In this document: one piece after another, positions 58,911 to 64,000 of the stretch
How positions within the stretch are numbered: the stretch's first letter is position 1
Layout: every line of letters begins with the position of its first letter
Assembly (NCBI GenBank): GCA_946411155.1
Contig: CAMKDB010000001.1
Location: 32,363 to 96,362, forward strand
DNA length: 64,000 bases
Direction: 5' to 3'
Source: an uncultured Faecalibacterium sp.
GTDB lineage: Bacteria; Bacillota; Clostridia; Oscillospirales; Ruminococcaceae
The notes under the pieces: model-generated
Databases searched by the model: none
What the model was told of the DNA's origin: nothing
What the model saw: the letters and a program-made list of their open reading frames with translations, nothing else
Position numbers and translations under genes: made by a program

Positions 58911-60071
58911 ATGGACGAGAATAAAGAACTGGACCTCGCTTTGGATCTGGAGATCCCGACCCTTGAGGCGGAACTTGCAACGATGGACGAGACGAGTGTT
59001 GTTCCCGCTCAGGAGACACAGGTCACCAACGGGTTTCTGAAAGAGGAGAATCTGACAGAAGCTGAGGCGAAGGCCGTCGCGGACCTGTCGGAGAAGATCG
59101 ACATCAGCAACTCCAAGATCGTGCTGTATTACGGCACATCCTGCCAGAAGGAGATCGCTTCCTTCTCGGACGCCGCCCTTAAGAATATCCGCACCAAGGA
59201 TCTCGGGGAAGTCGGCGACATGATCACCGCGCTCGTCGGGGAGCTGAAGGGCTTCAACGCAGAGACCGAAGAAAGCAAAGGATTCCTGGGACTGTTCAAG
59301 AAGCCCGCGAATTCGCTTGCCAAACTTCAGGCAAAATACGCCGCCGCAGAGACCAATGTTTCCAAGATCACCAACGTGCTGGAAGACCATCAGAACACTC
59401 TGCTCAAGGACATCGTCATGCTGGACAAGATGTATGACGAGAACCTGGACTACTTCAAGAAACTCACGATGTATATCATCGCCGGCAAAAAGAGACTGGA
59501 GCTGGAGCGCTCCACGACTCTCGTCGACCTGCAGAAGAAGGCTCAGGAGACCGGCCTTGCCGAAGACGCCCAGGCAGCGAACGATTATGCCAATCTGTGC
59601 GACCGTTTCGAGAAGAAACTGTATGATCTGGAGCTGACCCGCGCGATCTCCGTGCAGATGGCGCCTCAGATCCGTCTGATCCAGAACGGCGATACCTTGA
59701 TGGTAGAGAAAATCCAGTCTACGATCATCAATACGATCCCGCTGTGGAAGAACCAGATGGTTCTCGCGCTCGGCATCGCCCATAGCAAAGAGGCGATGGA
59801 GGCTCAGAGCGCAGTCAGCAATCTGACCAACGAGCTGCTGAAGAAGAACGCGGAGACCCTGAAGCAGGGCTCCATCGAGATCGCTACGGAAAGCGAGAGA
59901 GGCATCGTCGACATCGAGACCGTACAGGAGACCAACCGGAAACTCATCGAGACCCTCGACGAGGTCCTGAAGATTCAGGCAGACGGACGCCAGAAACGTC
60001 AGGATGCCGAGAACGAACTCGGTCACATCGAAGCGGAACTGAAGAACAAGCTGCTTGAGATCCGCAACTGA
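58911..60071 (+). CDS. telA: TelA-family toxic anion resistance protein (YaaN-like)
   Basis: 386 aa with SEKIDISNSKIVLYYGTSCQKEIASFSDAALKNIRTKDLGEVGDMI and a long helical body. GGAGG RBS. Confidence 0.88.
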   Translation: MDENKELDLALDLEIPTLEAELATMDETSVVPAQETQVTNGFLKEENLTEAEAKAVADLSEKIDISNSKIVLYYGTSCQKEIASFSDAALKNIRTKDLGEVGDMITALVGELKGFNAETEESKGFLGLFKKPANSLAKLQAKYAAAETNVSKITNVLEDHQNTLLKDIVMLDKMYDENLDYFKKLTMYIIAGKKRLELERSTTLVDLQKKAQETGLAEDAQAANDYANLCDRFEKKLYDLELTRAISVQMAPQIRLIQNGDTLMVEKIQSTIINTIPLWKNQMVLALGIAHSKEAMEAQSAVSNLTNELLKKNAETLKQGSIEIATESERGIVDIETVQETNRKLIETLDEVLKIQADGRQKRQDAENELGHIEAELKNKLLEIRN

Positions 60072-60098
60072 CAGACCGGATGAAAGAAGGAAACCGCT

Positions 60099-60800
60099 AT
60101 GTATGATAAGAGACCCTTAGTCCGCGGAACGGGATGTGCGACGATCATCGGCCTGGTCGTGCTGTATTTCATCGTGCGCAGCATTCTGCCCCATCTCTCA
60201 ACGATCCTGCTCTATCTGATCACGCTGGCTTTCGTCGCGTTGATCGCCTTCGTCGTCGCCCTCATGATCATCTCCTTCCGCTCCAACAACAAGGAGAAAG
60301 AGGAGAAGGCGGCTGAAGAGGGACTTGAGGCGCTGGACGCAGAGAACGCAACGGTTCTCAACAATGCAAAAGCGAGCCTGATCGCACTTCGCGGCCGCGT
60401 GGCCCGCATCAGTAACAGCGAGATCCGCTCCGCGGGCAATGATGTGTGCGAGGAAGCGGATCGCATCCTCGGTGCTCTGCGGAAGAACGTGAAACAGATT
60501 CCGACTGCCCGTCAGTTCTGGAACTATTATCTGCCTTCTCTCGGCACCATCGTAACCAAGTACGAGAAGATCGAGAAGAGCGGCGTCCCGGATGAAAAAA
60601 TGACGGAAAAGGTCCTGACCTATCTGAAAGAGATCAAGACCGCGCTGGAAAAACTGTATAAGAGTCTGTTTGACGATGACAAACTGGATCTCTCCGTTGA
60701 GATGGAAGCCATGAAAATGGCGATGCAGCGAGATGGTCTGATGTCGAACGACGAGACCGAGATCAAGAACGGGGAAGAGACGATCAATCTTACCCTGTGA
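60099..60800 (+). CDS. xpaC: XpaC-like (5-bromo-4-chloroindolyl phosphate hydrolysis family) membrane protein
   Basis: Two N-terminal TM helices, then a helical domain with QFWNYYLPSLGTIVTKYEKIE. Adjacent to telA, as in Bacillus subtilis yaaN-xpaC. Confidence 0.6.
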   Translation: MYDKRPLVRGTGCATIIGLVVLYFIVRSILPHLSTILLYLITLAFVALIAFVVALMIISFRSNNKEKEEKAAEEGLEALDAENATVLNNAKASLIALRGRVARISNSEIRSAGNDVCEEADRILGALRKNVKQIPTARQFWNYYLPSLGTIVTKYEKIEKSGVPDEKMTEKVLTYLKEIKTALEKLYKSLFDDDKLDLSVEMEAMKMAMQRDGLMSNDETEIKNGEETINLTL

Positions 60801-60816
60801 TCCAAGTAAAACCAAG

Positions 60817-60850
60817 GGACACGGATGCCGGATGGGATCCGTGTCCTTTT
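60817..60850 (+). terminator. rho-independent terminator after the xpaC-like gene
   Basis: GGACACGGAT ... ATCCGTGTCC perfect 10-bp stem with a 10-nt loop, followed by TTTT. Confidence 0.7.
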
Positions 60851-60863
60851 CAAAGGATGACTC

Positions 60864-61724
60864 ATGGAAGCGTGCGGCGGATATCTGAAGGAGTGTCTGA
60901 TCGACAACTGGATAGAGTTATCCCAGGAAGGAAACTTCAACGCCAACTCACGTCTGTTCCTGAAGGAAGGAACAGTACGCAAGATCTATACAGAAAACGC
61001 GGAAAGCAACACCGCGGTAATTCTGGCACTCTCCCATCGGCAGGATCTGGAGACGGTGCCGGAACTGATTCTTCCTACCCGAATCCTAATGGAAAACGGA
61101 AAAGTCGCCGGATTTGAGATGCCGTGGGCAGACGGAAGGACATGGACTGAGGTCCGCACGGATCCGGGGATCTCTGTCGGCGATAAAATGCGCTTCCTGG
61201 AGAAAGCCGCGGACGCACTCAGACGGTTCCCCGTGGATCTGGTCTGGGGAGATGTTCACGGAAACAATCTTCTGGTGTGCGGGGATGCAATCCGGATCGC
61301 GGATCCGGACGGTCTCGGATTGTCCTGCCCGCAGGAGATCCTGCTGGACGAACTGCCGGAACGATACCGCGGCAGCGACGGACATATCCGGATCTCCAGA
61401 GATACGGATATTCTGGGATTATGCGCGCTCGGGCTGGAACTGATGCTGGACGGTTTCGATTTCTATTCGTTTTCTCCCGAATGGAAACGGCGGTATCTTT
61501 GTTTCCTGAGAAAACACGGTGCGGAAGCGCTGGCGGACAGTATACAGTCTACAATAGCAGAAAACGGTCCCTGCCTTTTGCGGGAGGACGCATTCCTGCC
61601 GGCAGACGCCGGACTTCTAACCTACGATCGGTTTCTCAAGGAAAGCGGACTCTGGCTGGAAGAACTGAAACACAAGAAAAAGATTGACCGATGGATCGGA
61701 GAGAGGGAAAAAAGAAATGAGTGA
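60864..61724 (+). CDS. atypical protein-kinase-like fold protein (Kdo/RIO/Bud32-like catalytic loop)
   Basis: VWGDVHGNNLLVCGDAIRIADPDG resembles the HGDxHxxN catalytic loop plus a metal-binding Asp. TVRKIY is a candidate beta3-Lys. No Gly-rich loop was seen. Confidence 0.5.
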   Translation: MEACGGYLKECLIDNWIELSQEGNFNANSRLFLKEGTVRKIYTENAESNTAVILALSHRQDLETVPELILPTRILMENGKVAGFEMPWADGRTWTEVRTDPGISVGDKMRFLEKAADALRRFPVDLVWGDVHGNNLLVCGDAIRIADPDGLGLSCPQEILLDELPERYRGSDGHIRISRDTDILGLCALGLELMLDGFDFYSFSPEWKRRYLCFLRKHGAEALADSIQSTIAENGPCLLREDAFLPADAGLLTYDRFLKESGLWLEELKHKKKIDRWIGEREKRNE

Positions 61725-62259
61725 GAGGATCTATGTCGAATGCCGGAATGCCGGCAGAATTTTGGGGAAGATCAATATGCCTGTGACACGGACTACAACG
61801 GAGACCCGGAAAACGCTGTTCGGGAAATTCAAGTATGTGGATGTCACGAAGACAAAACGTGAAGATGTTGATGTCCCGCTGCTGCTCTACAGAGAAGACG
61901 GGAAGATTATCGAGTTCTTTACCGGGCGGGAAATGTATGAGGGCAGGAGCAGTTACAATTTCTGCAACGACGTTATTCCGCCGGAAATCAAGGAAAAAAG
62001 ATATCCCGATTACAGTATTGAAAGATTTTCCCGTTCAAACACACGCATTTGCAATGCCACTGCCTTCGCTGAACTGGTGGAGAAGTGGATGCCATATAAG
62101 GATGAGATCGCAAAACGGATCGAGAATCATATCCGGGAGACGAACGAACGGTACCTGAAGGATGTGGCAAAGGAAACGGCAGAGAAGGAAAGAGCAATGT
62201 CCGCTGAGGAGAAGAGCGAAGCCTGGCTGGATTCCATGATCCGGAAGGGTAAATTCTGA
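61717..62259 (+). CDS. hypothetical soluble protein (180 aa)
   Basis: The ATG at 61717 overlaps the upstream gene by 8 nt, and a terminator follows. No family recognised. Confidence 0.45.
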   Translation: MSERIYVECRNAGRILGKINMPVTRTTTETRKTLFGKFKYVDVTKTKREDVDVPLLLYREDGKIIEFFTGREMYEGRSSYNFCNDVIPPEIKEKRYPDYSIERFSRSNTRICNATAFAELVEKWMPYKDEIAKRIENHIRETNERYLKDVAKETAEKERAMSAEEKSEAWLDSMIRKGKF

Positions 62260-62262
62260 ACT

Positions 62263-62308
62263 GAAAAACAAACTGCCCCGGAACCGTGCGGATCCGGGGC
62301 AGTTTTTC
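62263..62308. terminator. bidirectional terminator
   Basis: AACTGCCCCGGA ... TCCGGGGCAGTT followed by TTTTT. The 5' flank is A-rich. Confidence 0.75.
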
Positions 62309-62325
62309 CTGTGTTCTGTTTTCTG

Positions 62326-63168
62326 TCAGAATGGATTGGTATCGTACGAGAGGAAATTGGAGACTCCTTTATAGTTTTCATAACGGAAGCCGGTCAGACA
62401 GAGTCCGTTTTCACCTTTTGAGAACGTGTAGACGTTGGTCTGCATCTGTTTTGCGATATTTTCCACAAGGTCGATCGGCACGGCATCGCCGTTTCCTGAT
62501 TCCACCAGCAGCGCATTCTCTTCATCTTCGGAGAAAAGGGGATCGACCAGGTTGAGCATCCACAGTTCATAGGTTCCGTCTTCCTTCACAAGCGCAGCCC
62601 AGGTATACAGGAAGGTGTTCGGCATGCCGATTCCGTAAGTCAGGACCATGCCGTTCTCCGTATCCAGCATAAACGGACTGTAATCGGAGGAGAACCAGTT
62701 CGGCGACAGTTCCACCCCACGGCCGAAGACCTCTGAAACGGCGTCGGTCACAGCAGTGATCGGAAGACCCATGGTGAATCCGTCGTCCAGCATCTCAAAC
62801 TGGTCGCCGAGATAACTGACCGCTGTGAAGAATTTGCAGGAGTCCGAGAGCTGATCGGGGGAAACGAACTCCTCCGGCGCATTGCTGAATACGGAAGCGA
62901 GATGTTTCATCTCCAGCAGTTCTTCGTAGGAGCACTCGATCCGGCAGGATGGGAACTCGGCTTCCAGCGCTTCCGCATAGGGATTTTCGTCTTCCCCGGG
63001 AACGGGCAAAGGCTCAGGCTCAGCAGAAGGAGAGGTAGCCGGTGTGTCCGAAGGTTCCGTTTCTGAAGGATGGTTGTAGTAATGCTGATCGTATTCCCGG
63101 TCCTTTCCGCAGGATACGAGAGAAAGGGACAGCGCCAGAAGCAGAAGGGCGGATATTAGTCGTTTCAT
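62326..63168 (-). CDS. lipoprotein of unknown function (280 aa)
   Basis: Lipobox LSLSLVSCGK. Its start overlaps the stop of the FkbH-like gene (ATGA). Confidence 0.7.
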   Translation of the reverse strand: MKRLISALLLLALSLSLVSCGKDREYDQHYYNHPSETEPSDTPATSPSAEPEPLPVPGEDENPYAEALEAEFPSCRIECSYEELLEMKHLASVFSNAPEEFVSPDQLSDSCKFFTAVSYLGDQFEMLDDGFTMGLPITAVTDAVSEVFGRGVELSPNWFSSDYSPFMLDTENGMVLTYGIGMPNTFLYTWAALVKEDGTYELWMLNLVDPLFSEDEENALLVESGNGDAVPIDLVENIAKQMQTNVYTFSKGENGLCLTGFRYENYKGVSNFLSYDTNPF

Positions 63169-64000
63169 GCCCGTTCACCTCCGTTTTCGTGTTCAATGCG
63201 GATCACACTGTTCCGCTGAATGTAGTCATCCGGAATGACAAAACGCCATTCGGATTGGCCTTCCGTGTTTTCTGAAGTCTTTGTGAAACCGAGGGAGGCA
63301 TAGAAGTCTTTCACGATCCGGTTTTTGGCGGTGGGGAGATAGCGTCCGGTGATCTCGGTGCCCCCTTCTTCGCGGACGCGCCGGACCAGTTCATCGAACA
63401 TGGCATATTCCAGGTCTCTCTTGAAGACGCGGCAGGACATGATCCACAGTTCGATGTCCCATACAGCCGGTGCTATGCGCTGAGCGAGGATGACCGAAAC
63501 GATTCCGTTATCTCCGAACTTGTCCACAAGTCTGCCGGAAAGAGTGATGTAATCCGCAGAGGAAGCCCGTGAAGCCATTTCTTCCGGCTGATAGCGGCGG
63601 GTTGTCAGGTTGAATTGGTTGGTCTTGTTCGCCAGTTGGGTGACCCGCTCCAGCTGACCTTCCCGGAAAGAACCGAGGTAGGCTGTCATCTCCAGAGAAG
63701 ACAGATACGCGCCGTAATCCGTGAAGGTAGCCGCGCTCTGCTCCCGTTCCAGGTTTTCCCGGTACATCCGTGCCCGGGAAAGGTCATCAGAGGAGAGCGA
63801 CACGACTTCAAAATAGCCGGCGCGGGAGATGGTTTCCGCGAAGCGTTCCGGAACATCCAGTTCCGGGACTGCTTCCGTAAGTCCGGAATCCCGTACGATC
63901 TTGCGCTCAGCAGGATTGTCATCCGCGAAGACGATGGCATCCGTACCAATATTGAGTTCCTTTGCGGATGCGGCCAGATTCACCGGCTTTGGATCCCAGT
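63165..64000 (-). CDS. HAD-IIIC (FkbH-like) phosphatase domain with a GNAT-like C-terminal domain; 5' part lies outside the window
   Basis: IVFADDNPAERKIV, DKFGDNGIVSVILAQ and LWIMSCRVFKRDLEYAMFDEL match the FkbH-like pattern. The frame stays open to the window edge. Confidence 0.8.
   Translation of the reverse strand, partial: WDPKPVNLAASAKELNIGTDAIVFADDNPAERKIVRDSGLTEAVPELDVPERFAETISRAGYFEVVSLSSDDLSRARMYRENLEREQSAATFTDYGAYLSSLEMTAYLGSFREGQLERVTQLANKTNQFNLTTRRYQPEEMASRASSADYITLSGRLVDKFGDNGIVSVILAQRIAPAVWDIELWIMSCRVFKRDLEYAMFDELVRRVREEGGTEITGRYLPTAKNRIVKDFYASLGFTKTSENTEGQSEWRFVIPDDYIQRNSVIRIEHENGGERA

Overview
This window covers the chromosomal replication-origin neighbourhood of a moderately GC-rich Firmicutes/Clostridia-type genome. 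The conserved core runs leftward on the minus strand as dnaA, dnaN, yaaA (S4), recF, remB (DUF370), gyrB, two YcxB-like membrane ORFs and gyrA. It runs rightward on the plus strand as rpmH (missing from the ORF track because it is under 60 aa), rnpA, yidD, yidC, jag, a small pyrophosphatase-like ORF, mnmE, mnmG and rsmG.

The left ~25 kb is a cell-envelope glycopolymer locus. It holds a TagF-type fragment, an XRE-HTH::IspD-like fusion, a LicC-like cytidylyltransferase followed by a five-gene Opp/Dpp-type ABC importer, a DUF2142-like protein, two GT2 genes, DUF616, LicD, an SDR epimerase, a MATE transporter, a GtrB/YfhO pair and one more large polytopic protein.

The right part holds:
- an SLH-repeat protein, an orphan XRE regulator, pepT, a threonine-aldolase-like gene and mscL
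- an ABC exporter, a 5'-nucleotidase lipoprotein and a degenerate DUF4445 fragment
- a GAF protein and a tightly packed operon of SGNH/DltD-like, MBOAT, alpha/beta-hydrolase, hexapeptide acyltransferase and carrier protein with no adenylating enzyme
- telA and xpaC, a kinase-like plus unknown pair, a lipoprotein and an FkbH-like gene cut by the window edge

I saw no rRNA, tRNA, CRISPR array, transposase or integrase. Many long ORFs in the track are antisense shadows of real genes.

The candidates most worth follow-up are:
- the DltA-less carrier-protein/MBOAT operon
- the membrane-protein pair embedded in the gyrBA operon
- the HTH::IspD-like putative pseudoenzyme regulator with a palindromic site
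- the non-canonical repeat array in the dnaA-dnaN spacer

All family assignments come from motif recognition by eye. No searches were run.
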